64,000 nt of DNA from a virus. Its lineage: Duplodnaviria > Caudoviricetes. Location: IMG/VR virus record IMGVR_UViG_3300023100_000003, positions 1-64,000 of that record. One strand, 5' to 3'. The position numbers were made by a program, and so were the translations under genes. This document shows, piece by piece, positions 49,401 through 58,962 of the stretch (position 1 is its first letter; every line of letters starts with the position of its first letter). The notes under the pieces were generated by a model that saw nothing but the letters and a program-made list of their open reading frames with translations, did no database searches and was not told the DNA's origin.

Positions 49401-49655
49401 ATTTAAGAAACAGGTAAGTGAGGAAGGGAAGTGAGTAAATATTTAAGTAGAGAAACAAGAAACAAACTAAAAGAAAGATTTGATATATCTAGAGCTGGCT
49501 ATGTATACACATCCCCAACAACTGGTAAAGAAATTGTTGTAAGGGCAGAAGACCTACATGATCTACATGATTTTCTAGTATTCACCTCAACCAAAGAATA
49601 CCATGAATGGGTTAAAATGAAACTAATGGATCTCAGTAATGACAGACTTCGATGA
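46454..49655 (+). other. Run of small hypothetical CDSs (46454-46846, 46843-47037, 47030-47254, 47247-47639, 47636-47833, 47943-48236, 48396-48665, 48674-48880, 48882-49070, 49234-49434, 49431-49655)
   Basis: Co-oriented, overlapping ORFs with SD motifs; 46454 has DCTIIAF...THAL...DG and 48396 has ICGARH...EQGF, both typical of phage hypothetical families. Confidence 0.55.
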
Positions 49656-50337
49656 ACTCCCAGAAGAGATAGTACAAGCCCACATAGATGGGTTAGAGTA
49701 CCACATGAAGCAGGGATTGATATCACGTAAACAACTAGAATATATTAACTCTGTATCTAAACGTAAGCTTAATGAGTTACTGTCAGAAGACAATACCAAA
49801 GAGTACTTAAACAAGGAACAAGGCAGTAAAGCCTATACCAAGATCTTAGAGACAGGGATAACAGCACAGGAAGCATTAGAGTATGTAGCTGAGTATTATG
49901 GTAAAGACATAGAGTGGGTAGAAGAGGTAAAGAACAACAACTACATCCATGCTAAACAAGTATTCATAGACCATCAAGAACATGATGTACAGAAGGCTAT
50001 GAAGCAAGATGGTACACTACGTCCTAAAGCTTTAAAGACAAGCAAAACACCTAATAGTCAACTCAGGGAGCTACATGCTCAGCGTAAGCTGCATAGCACT
50101 TTGAATGACTTGAAGAGTACCACTACAAATCTATCTACAGAAGTAGAAGATTTACAAGCTAAATCTGTTATCACTGATTCTAATGTAGATTTGGTAATGA
50201 ACATACTAGATGTAGACCAACTCTCTCTGAAAGAGAAGGCCAGTAAGCTCAAAGCTCATGGCTTTACTCAGACCAAAATATCTACCTACTTAGGAGTTAC
50301 TACACGTACCCTAAAGAGATGGTGGAAAGATATCTAA
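49639..50337 (+). CDS. Coiled-coil protein with C-terminal helix-turn-helix
   Basis: GFTQTKISTYLGVTTRTLKRWW HTH; last gene before the non-coding control region. Confidence 0.7.
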   Translation: MTDFDELPEEIVQAHIDGLEYHMKQGLISRKQLEYINSVSKRKLNELLSEDNTKEYLNKEQGSKAYTKILETGITAQEALEYVAEYYGKDIEWVEEVKNNNYIHAKQVFIDHQEHDVQKAMKQDGTLRPKALKTSKTPNSQLRELHAQRKLHSTLNDLKSTTTNLSTEVEDLQAKSVITDSNVDLVMNILDVDQLSLKEKASKLKAHGFTQTKISTYLGVTTRTLKRWWKDI

Positions 50338-50367
50338 TTAAGAATTATTCTTATATGTCCCCTTTTT

Positions 50368-50399
50368 GTCACCTTCATTGGTGACTTTTCTCTTCTTTA
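50368..50399 (+). terminator. Intrinsic terminator
   Basis: GTCACC-TTCATT-GGTGAC followed by TTTTCTCTTCTTT. Confidence 0.7.
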
Positions 50400-50511
50400 T
50401 AAAGGAAAATTTATATTTCCTGCTAATCCCTTTCCCCATATTTTATAATCCCCCTATAAAAACACACCTTAGTATTATGTATCTATGAAATATCTGTAGG
50501 TAGGAATATCT

Positions 50512-51296
50512 TATAACGGAGTTATAGACAGTAATTAGTACAGCAAATACACCCCCTTGGGATACCAAGATAACGAGACTTGGTGCTTATGTTACGTAAT
50601 TCTAATACTATCAATATCTTAAGTCCGTGAGGACTAGTGTTTAACAAGGTCCCCCACCGACCTATTGTTCTCTCCGAGCTTATTGAAATATCTACCACAT
50701 CTCACAATCATTGTCAATAGTATAATCGATAATAAATAACTATTCTACAGCGTAGCTGTAATAGGATATGACTATCATCACTGTAAGTGATACATAAGTA
50801 CATATAAGAGTAGTAGAGAGATAAATAAACAATAAAGAATGATAAGATGATAGAGATAAGAGATATACATTATATACGTGTTCCATGTCATAAGCTATGC
50901 TTATGTGCGTGTTCACAGTCTACGACTGTTTCACGTGGAACAATAGACTGTGATAGAGTATTAATAGTATAGCTTACGCTATAGGGTGAGTGTTGTTGGT
51001 TTAACAACCAAGGGATGAATAGATATAACCATAGGGTGTATGTACGCTATCGCATAAAATTGTACTATTCTTAGCAGTAATACTATCTATAGCGTAGCTA
51101 TAATAAGTTATTGATTACTAAAGTAATAATGTATATTCGTAGCTACGCTACATATAGGTGCTATCTTGTGTTTACACACAACATGTAGTGCTATTATTGA
51201 TTAGTTTATTTATGTATTTCCTTACAATAATCAATGGATATAATAAATGTTATAAGCATAGCTTATGATAGATGTTAATAGTCTAAGCTACGCTTA
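50512..51296. repeat. Array of about 12 short inverted repeats with G/A-N-A or GNNA loops
   Basis: Examples: TACAGC-GTA-GCTGTA, TATAGC-GTA-GCTATA, ACAGTC-TAC-GACTGT, TAAGC-TAC-GCTTA, TATAAC-GGA-GTTATA. Confidence 0.8.
50927..50942. promoter_or_regulatory. parS: Chromosome-type parS (ParB loading) site
   Basis: TGTTTCACGTGGAACA matches the consensus TGTTYCACGTGRAACA at 16/16. Confidence 0.75.
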
Positions 51297-51304
51297 AATA
51301 AAGC

Positions 51305-51333
51305 TTGCACTAAGGTACAGATAAGACTAATAT
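51305..51333 (+). promoter_or_regulatory. Early sigma70-like promoter
   Basis: TTGCAC-17 bp-TAATAT. Confidence 0.6.
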
Positions 51334-51688
51334 AAGTACATACAAGAGACAAACAACAAACAAAGGCAAAGCAAATGAAAAGGTTCTTAGTGTATGCCAT
51401 CATCATTGGAACAATAGGAAATGTTATGTTGTCTAGTGCATCAAACTCTACTGTAATGAACTCCACAGCTGTTAAACTCTCTCAATTAGGTGAATAAGAT
51501 GAACGACATTAAATACATTGAAATACAGTTTTTAGTTAAGGTTAACAAACCTAAGATTAAAATTACTTTGGTTAATCTTATGAGTCGTGATGATGCACTC
51601 TTTATTGCTGATCAGGTTAAGTTAGATAAATCAGTATTTAGTGTTACCTGTTGGACTGAAAAGAATACTTTTATCTAGTAAATAGTTG

Positions 51689-51717
51689 TTGACAGTAGCC
51701 AATAGTAAGCCTAGAAT
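51689..51717 (+). promoter_or_regulatory. Strong early sigma70 promoter
   Basis: TTGACA-17 bp-TAGAAT with an AT-rich upstream region. Confidence 0.8.
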
Positions 51718-52467
51718 GTACCACATAGGGAGACAATAAAGTCTCTCACAAACAAGAGATAATCATCATGTTTATAGCAATCTGTGTAATCACTGTGTTA
51801 ATGTTGGTTGTTGGTGTAGCTTCTGAATGTGAGGTGTTTTAATTATGACTACAGAATCTAAAGAAAGAATGTATAAAGTAGGTTACTATTGTTCGCCTAA
51901 AAGTGTATCATTCTTTATAAACATGGGTTTTAGAGTGGATGAAAGCACTTTAGCAGTGTATCAAGATGAACTAAAGCCTATGACCCACAAAGAAGCCTGT
52001 ACCTTTAAATCTAAGATGATGAAACCATCTAACCATTTTCTTTATGAGGTGTAACATGAACATTATCCGTGTAACATTTAATGACGGTTCAAGCCATGAA
52101 CAGCCATACACCCTTGAAGTGGTGGCTATGTGGGTAAAGGTTAATAACCTAATGGCTGAACAGAAAGAATTCCCTGAACCACATATTAAACTGATTGAGA
52201 TATTCTAATGGAAAGCTTCTTACTTGTTCTTACCTTATGTGGTAGCCTTCATGATGGAGGCAATAGCTGTGAGCAGTTTATAGTAGGTACAGATCAATCA
52301 CAAATAGAATGTCTATCCACTATCAAGGCTGTCCATAATAATACCTCAACACGCGTTAAAACGCTTATAGATGATGCTACTAACGACTGGTTTGCTACTA
52401 TAAATACTAGCTCTCTTGAATGTATTGAAGAAGATAAAGATTAATTACATTATTCATTAAATAATTG

Positions 52468-52496
52468 TTGACAATAGAATACAGTAGGTCTAGAAT
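52468..52496 (+). promoter_or_regulatory. Strong early sigma70 promoter
   Basis: TTGACA-17 bp-TAGAAT. Confidence 0.8.
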
Positions 52497-53133
52497 TCAA
52501 ATCATAAGGTGAGCAGTTAGCGAACCTAACCACAAATAGGTGATTAAGATGTCTAAGATTGATAAAGAACTTGTAAACGAACTTGGTGAACTCCTAAACG
52601 CAAAGATCCCTTTAAGTACTTTATCATTGGCCGTTGATCGTTACAAACTCAATAACTTAAGTGAAGAAAGGTTCCTTTGGGATTGCTTATGGGCTGTGCC
52701 TACTGTAATAAGTAAACCTTGGTTCAATAAAGTTTATGCACTTGATTGTAAAGATACCCATATCACTACAGCCTTAAAAGCTTGGTTTAAAACTACTGGT
52801 TTAACATACTAATCAATCACTAAGTTAAACTGTGCGTATTATCATTCAATTAAATAAGGTGATTAAAGTGATCAATTCAATGTTTATTTACCCAATGGCT
52901 ACAGTCTTTGTTATTGTTATAGTGTGTGGTATTGTAGGGGTTGTTATGTCAAGTTATAACCACCGTGATGAGGACTTTTAATCATGTTTCTATCTATCAT
53001 CCTCCCTTGTGTTGCTATCGCTCTTTGTGGAGCTGTTGTAACATTAGCTCTGTTAACTTTCTTTTGTTCTTATTTGTTGTCTAATAAATAATATTCTTAT
53101 AACATCTTAGTATAAGAAATAATGAATAATTGC

Positions 53134-53162
53134 TTTACATTGTCATTAAGTAAGTCTAATAT
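53134..53162 (+). promoter_or_regulatory. Early sigma70-like promoter
   Basis: TTTACA-17 bp-TAATAT. Confidence 0.65.
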
Positions 53163-54559
53163 ACATACATGAGCTAGGGGATGAGCCTACTAGCAAACCC
53201 AAAGAGAATCGAGATTATGAAAAACATCACTGAACACAAAGGAACCCTGTACATTGTTGAGCGTTTGAAATCAAGTGTTAATGGTAACCCTCGTTATAGT
53301 TGTTTGTTAGTAATGGATGGTACAGAATCTATTGCTTTTAAAACTGGTGTTGATAGTAGTTTTGGGTACTCAATCACTAACTACCGTGATAAAGAAGTTG
53401 TTGTAAGTCTTGGTACTGTACGTAATCAAACTACCCTTAATGATATTAAACTAGCTTAGGTGATACCATGCAAGCAAAAGTTTGGGTTGATATTAGAAAA
53501 GGTAGAAAAATAGCCTGTTCTGATAAAATCGTAGTCGGTAAACTTATGGAGCTTATGTTAAGAGAAAACTCCGAGACTGATTACCAATTGGGATTAATTG
53601 AGCTTAGAAAGGGTTCATCTTTTAATTTCAAGTGTGAAGGTTATTCTGTTACCGTTAAACCACTACATAATTATGTAGATCATTATTAAATCTTAATCAG
53701 GAACTAAACAAAATGAACACATTTGCTAACGTAACAAACATCCGTAAGAACACAGTAAGTGCTTATAAAATTATCTCTATGTTCAACCTTATAGGTGCAT
53801 TAGAAAAAGCCTACGTAGTGGCCTGTAATAGCCTTAGAACAGCGAATAAGATTAAGGATATAACATTGTCTAAGTTTGCCCGTGGTCGTGCTCTAAAGCT
53901 TATTCATGCAATCCGTACTGAGTTAAAGAAGTATTGCAGTAAAGGTTTTAGTTTGCTAGAATCTATTGCATATCGTGGTGTACTTCTGCCGAAGCTCTAA
54001 TCCTCCTTACAGTCGTTTTAGTATTGTTAATAAAATTTAATAGGTAATATCATGATCTTTAATAATGTAGTATTGACCAGCGAAACAATAGAATCGACTA
54101 AACAATGGTTTATTAACAATGCTAAAGCCTGTATAGCTGAAGCTGTTAGTGGTGAAGTCTTTGTCAATGATTTAGAAAGCTATATTGATAGTCAGAACAG
54201 ACGTATTAAAGACTTTGAAGCTAATTTGAATCAGAATAACTTCACATTTATGCAAAGAGCTTATTTCCATCAAACTGGCCATGATGTGGCCCTATTACAT
54301 TTATAGGTGATTTTATGTTAAATTCAAAAGATGAGTTAATAGGTTTTGTTAAAGGGTTTAGCTGTAAAGAGTCGGCATTTGACGCAATGAAGTTAGTACA
54401 TGTTGCCGAACCTTTGGCGGAATGGTTTTATAATACATATTCTTTACGAAATAAAAACAAGAGTCAGAAAGAAGCATTTTTTGATTTTTATGAAGAGAAC
54501 ATTGTTATACGGTAAAAGGTTCTTATAAAGATTTAATCTAAATAAATGTTGTAATTTAC

Positions 54560-54588
54560 TTGCATACACTCTTAGTATCCCTTATACT
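54560..54588 (+). promoter_or_regulatory. Early sigma70-like promoter
   Basis: TTGCAT-17 bp-TATACT. Confidence 0.65.
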
Positions 54589-55820
54589 AATCACAACAAA
54601 GCAAGAAACACTTAATTAATTACTAACCTAGGAATAAAGATCATGACTACACTACTTCAAGCCTGTAAAGAAATCGTTAAAAACTCAATAAATTATGATG
54701 GGTATGAGAAAGGAACTATTAAAGATATTTACTATGTGGAGTATGGCCACAATGGAATCAATCAAAAAGCTTGTGAAAGCTATTTGAGAGGATTACCTAG
54801 TGTTTGTACAGTTCCTTTTGCTGATTATGAAATCCTTGAAGTGTTAAAATCAAAAGGTGTTAGTCGTAAAGGTGTAAATGCTCAAGATCGATTGATTGAT
54901 GATTATTGGGAAGCGTGTGGGTATGCATTTTATAAACTGTTGGGGAATTAATCATGAAACAACAAATGACTAAACAAGCGAAAGAAGCTCACAAGAAACT
55001 ACGCAAGTCTCGTAGAATATCTCGTGGTAAGCAATGGCAATCGGTGGCTTAATATGAACTTACCAAAACTTGCAGGTGATAAAGATCAACCATCCCGCTC
55101 AGTACAGGTTTTATTCCTTGTAGGTGTGAATATTAAGCAAGGGTTTTACTTTTACAATTGTAATAAATTTTGCACTATTCATCACCTTATCATGGATTCT
55201 TATTATTGTGATCAAGTTATTGAATGGTGGCCAATGCCTGAACTTGGAACAGGAAATAAAATAATATGAAATTACTATCCATTGAAGAAGCTGACAAACT
55301 TATCTGTAAAGCTTGGCAAGATGTGCATAAATATGGTCTAGGGCAATATAGGTTTGGTCAATCATTGTCTAATCTATTACCAAATTGTATTAATGAACAT
55401 CTATTATATACAGAGAATGACTTCTATTATTGTATTGATTCCGATAAAGTGACAGAGTTATTCTACAAACATTGTGTTGAATCCACTGAGGGATAGTATT
55501 ATGCCAATGACTAAAGAAGAAGAAAACGAACTAAATGCTAAAGTGCAAGCTAGTTTAACTAAATCAAGAAACTTTTCATCTAATTGTAAAGATGTTGAAG
55601 TTAATGCAGAAAAGCTATTTAGATTAGGCGCTAGTCTATACGAAACTGGTAGTACCATACTAGCTGAAAAGCTATATACAATCTCTGATAATCTCTTACA
55701 TTCAATTGAGGAAATTAGAAATTACGATAGGCAAATTACAAATGAACGTTATCAAGATGCTATGCAATCTAGTAACAATATGATTCGAGCAGCTTTAGCT
55801 GTTTGTTCTAAGTAATAACA

Positions 55821-55834
55821 GCCCCGCAAGGGGC
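55821..55834. terminator. GC hairpin, possible terminator
   Basis: GCCCC-GCAA-GGGGC after the 55815 stop; poor U tract on the + strand. Confidence 0.4.
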
Positions 55835-55852
55835 CATCCTTCCTTCCTAAAT

Positions 55853-55900
55853 ACGTCTACATTCAATTCTATTGCCTCCCCTATACCCTAGTATTCCTTT
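55853..55900 (+). repeat. Dispersed intergenic element, copy 2
   Basis: ACGTCTACA-27 nt-TAGTATTCCTTT. Confidence 0.65.
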
Positions 55901-56046
55901 CTATATCCTTCCTGTAATCGCTTCCTATTAAGTCTAACTAATATCTCTGGAGTTTACACTATTAGTAATCTATGGTATTTATCGCCGTATCTTCTTATAT
56001 ATATCTAAACTAGGACATACTTTCTATTGTTATTCTAAAATAGTAT

Positions 56047-56075
56047 TTGTGTTTAATCTAACATAAGCCTAATAT
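56047..56075 (+). promoter_or_regulatory. Early sigma70-like promoter
   Basis: TTGTGT-17 bp-TAATAT; shares ATAAGNCTAATATAAGTACAT with the 51305 promoter. Confidence 0.6.
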
Positions 56076-57073
56076 AAGTACATCAAGAACGTAAACATAA
56101 ACAAACAGGTGATTAAATGATTAAAGTTCATGGAGATAGTTTAAATGAATGCGTAGACACATTTATCAAACTCATCCCTTATAAATCCTATGAATATAGT
56201 GGAAAATGGTTTATTGCTTATTTAAACGGTCAAGGTTATGGCTCGCAGTACATGAAAACACTTAAAAACAAAGCTTTAAAACTTAATATAGAAACTTTTC
56301 AAGTGGTTACTGTAGGTAAATCTAAATGAGTGAAAGTTATCAAGAACTTGAATTCCATAGAATGGTCGATGATGCTAAGCTCCACGACTGGCCTAATAGT
56401 AATTGCCCCTTATTAGAGGATGAAGCTATTATATGGGCAAGCGATGAGATAAAACAATTGAGAATACGAGTTGCAAGTTTAGAAGAAAAATGTAAACTTC
56501 ACAATATACCAACTGGAGTAATGATTTATGAATAAGATTAAACCTTTATCTTTTCTCCCTAATCAAGATAGTTTTGAATTTGTTGGTATCAAGAAAGATG
56601 ATGTAGAAATAGATTGCAAAGTTATTTTCAGTCTTGAAGGGCAGCATATTGTTGTTAATCGTTACACTAACGAAAGAATATTCAACCAATTAAAAGGCTG
56701 GAAATAATTATGTCAAGAGAGCAGTCATTAATACAACGTAACAGGGAGCTAACAAAGCTCTTATCAAAAGCTAATGTAGAATTAAAGCTTTTGATTATGC
56801 ACTCTACTCACGGTAAGATCGAGCCAGAATATTTACAGATAGCTAAAGATTTAACAGAAGTAATTAACCAATCATTAAACATTATCGAGGCTTAATATCA
56901 TGCAAAAGACAATCGTAAACAATTCAGGTTCTAAAGTTGGAATATTCTACCCCATCACATGTAAACTAGTATTAGAATCAGGTAAAGTTTTAAAGATGGA
57001 TAAATCAACCTTCCTTTCATATTGTGATGATATGGAATGGAAAACACTTTAACTAATCATAGGATAAACTAAA

Positions 57074-57703
57074 ATGAAATACATAATCTTAATATTAACA
57101 CTCTTATCTTTCCCTGCTTTCGCTTATGATAGTTATGACTGGAAGAATGAGCCAGACTATACACCTTATTTAAAACTTAGTGTTGGTAGAGTTATAAACC
57201 AACCTGATGATATCACTAACAGTAAAACTAAAGAGAGAATTCCTTTATTCCAAGGGGATAACTTTAACTATTCTATAGAAATGGGAATTAGTGTTAAGAA
57301 GGATGATTCTAACAAAGAATTTAGATTAGGTTTAGGGATAACAGACTTACTTAATCAAGGTGACAGCTCTAAATATATGTCACCCTATAAAGTTGAGGTA
57401 TTTGGAGATCATGTTATAAATTATAGTAAGGGATACTTTACTTCTATTGGTGTAGGGTATAAAATAGCTTGTGATAGTAGAGTAGTTAGTAAAGCTAGAG
57501 ATCCAGACTTTCTAACAGAAGAAGAATACTTCAAGATTAATGAGGGATACTTAGGGAAGATAACAGCTAGGTTTAGTATAGGTAGGAATTTCAAACATTA
57601 CACTTTATCTTTAGACCACCATTCTCAATATTTTACAGGAAAACCTGTTAATAATGAATGGGAATACCATGTAACTAGTTTTAATATATCTAAAACATTT
57701 TAA
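57074..57703 (+). CDS. Secreted, outer-membrane beta-barrel-like protein
   Basis: Signal peptide ending AFA, alternating aromatic/hydrophobic strands, C-terminal FNISKTF. Confidence 0.55.
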   Translation: MKYIILILTLLSFPAFAYDSYDWKNEPDYTPYLKLSVGRVINQPDDITNSKTKERIPLFQGDNFNYSIEMGISVKKDDSNKEFRLGLGITDLLNQGDSSKYMSPYKVEVFGDHVINYSKGYFTSIGVGYKIACDSRVVSKARDPDFLTEEEYFKINEGYLGKITARFSIGRNFKHYTLSLDHHSQYFTGKPVNNEWEYHVTSFNISKTF

Positions 57704-57713
57704 GGGGAAATGT

Positions 57714-58349
57714 ATGAGTAACTCACACAATATAATTGATTTGATGAATGAATGTCAAAAATGGAAAGATGAATGTCAAACTCTTAATTTACTTATTTCA
57801 GATCAAAGAAAGGAATTAGTGAGAGTTAATGGTTTAAGAAAAGAAGCAGAATCAAAGCTTGCTGAGTATAAACAAGACCTTTATTTTGCAGAAAAAGATA
57901 TAGAGGAACTAAAGAAATCGCAACCAATCGCCAATAATAGCGAGCCTTTTGGATGGTTTAGCAATCAAGGAGACTTTACCCGAAACGAAAACACGGTAAA
58001 AGAATGGCGCAACGTAGATTGGAAACCGCTTTACGAACACCGCGAGCCAGAAACCAACGATCAGTATGCAATTGGGTTTAATGACGGGTATAAAGCAGGA
58101 GATGAGGGTGACTGCGAATTGTTGGCGCACGTATTGGCTCATTCAAATATGGATGACTACACGCCTAAACAAGCCACCCCAAATAAGGCAGAAGTGGGAC
58201 AGATTATTAACAAAGTTGCTGAATTTGTAGAAGTTCAAGAGAACGGGCCGTTTGATGTAAAAGTATTAGCCACTGCTATTCGTGCGAATTTAAAGTACGG
58301 AGACTTCTTTAAAGATTTACTCCCACCGCTAAAGGGTGATGACAAATGA
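57714..58349 (+). CDS. Hypothetical mosaic protein (coiled coil plus EPFGW...WKPLY module)
   Basis: ORF with SD; the 3' part has a different composition. Confidence 0.55.
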   Translation: MSNSHNIIDLMNECQKWKDECQTLNLLISDQRKELVRVNGLRKEAESKLAEYKQDLYFAEKDIEELKKSQPIANNSEPFGWFSNQGDFTRNENTVKEWRNVDWKPLYEHREPETNDQYAIGFNDGYKAGDEGDCELLAHVLAHSNMDDYTPKQATPNKAEVGQIINKVAEFVEVQENGPFDVKVLATAIRANLKYGDFFKDLLPPLKGDDK

Positions 58350-58561
58350 AACATTTAACCTTATTTCTGTGTTGTATTTTATTAAATGGATGCATGCGAG
58401 CAGGAACTCATCCATTAGAAATAGAGAAAGCTAGTAAGCTTTGTGAGAGTAATGGTGGGTTGTATTCTTTATATGGTTCTTCTATGTGGAGGCCTACGGA
58501 AGTTAATTGTAAAAATGGGGCGAGGTTTATATTACAATCTTCGCAAGTTGTTGAACCATAA
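58346..58561 (+). CDS. Small lipoprotein
   Basis: LLNGC lipobox; LCESNGG...CKNG. Confidence 0.6.
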   Translation: MKHLTLFLCCILLNGCMRAGTHPLEIEKASKLCESNGGLYSLYGSSMWRPTEVNCKNGARFILQSSQVVEP

Positions 58562-58770
58562 AAATTAACTAAAAAGGAGGTATTATGGACATCTTAAAGG
58601 ATAATGAAGATGTGGACAAGTACATACAAGGCGATGATATATTATTTGAGGAATGGTGGATAAGAAGATCACCTTTCTTTAATGCAGGTATAAGGAAAGA
58701 AGTGGTATTTAAAAGATGGAAGACTATCAAAAACAAGCTAGATAGGTTTATAGAGCAAGATAAGGCTTAG

Positions 58771-58806
58771 GGTATACTCAGCTATTGGTTTTAGGTTAAA
58801 GTGGCT
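58771..58806 (-). repeat. Dispersed intergenic element, copy 3 (inverted)
   Basis: AGCCACTTTAACCTAAAACCAATAGCTGAGTATACC aligns without gaps to copy 1 (25/36 by my count). Confidence 0.5.
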
Positions 58807-58897
58807 GTAAGAGCGATTTAGGACGTATAGAATTGATTGGAGAATATCATGCAAAGAAGTAAGTTTAATATGTTGTTTAATTAAATTAACTATTTTC

Positions 58898-58926
58898 TTT
58901 ACAAGCTATACTAAGTGGTGTATATT
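58898..58926 (+). promoter_or_regulatory. Sigma70-like promoter
   Basis: TTTACA-17 bp-TATATT upstream of the KTSC gene. Confidence 0.55.
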
Positions 58927-58962
58927 CAGTTCATACAAGCAACCAACACAAGGTAACAAGAT

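Larger units (their letters stand above)
51490..56895 (+). other. Early host-takeover region of small hypothetical CDSs (e.g. 51845-52054, 52208-52444, 52549-52812, 53217-53459, 53468-53689, 53713-54000, 54052-54306, 54315-54515, 54643-54951, 55054-55269, 55266-55496, 55501-55815, 56117-56329, 56326-56535, 56710-56895)
   Basis: 60-110 aa co-oriented ORFs behind repeated promoters; no recognised domains. Confidence 0.6.

Noticed and set aside
50615-50640. GTCCGTGAGGAC resembling hammerhead stem II
   Set aside because: The flanking CUGANGA and GAAA core nucleotides are absent.
50512-51296. Hairpin array as a CRISPR array
   Set aside because: Repeats are only 13-17 bp, differ in sequence, occur in both orientations and are irregularly spaced; no cas genes.
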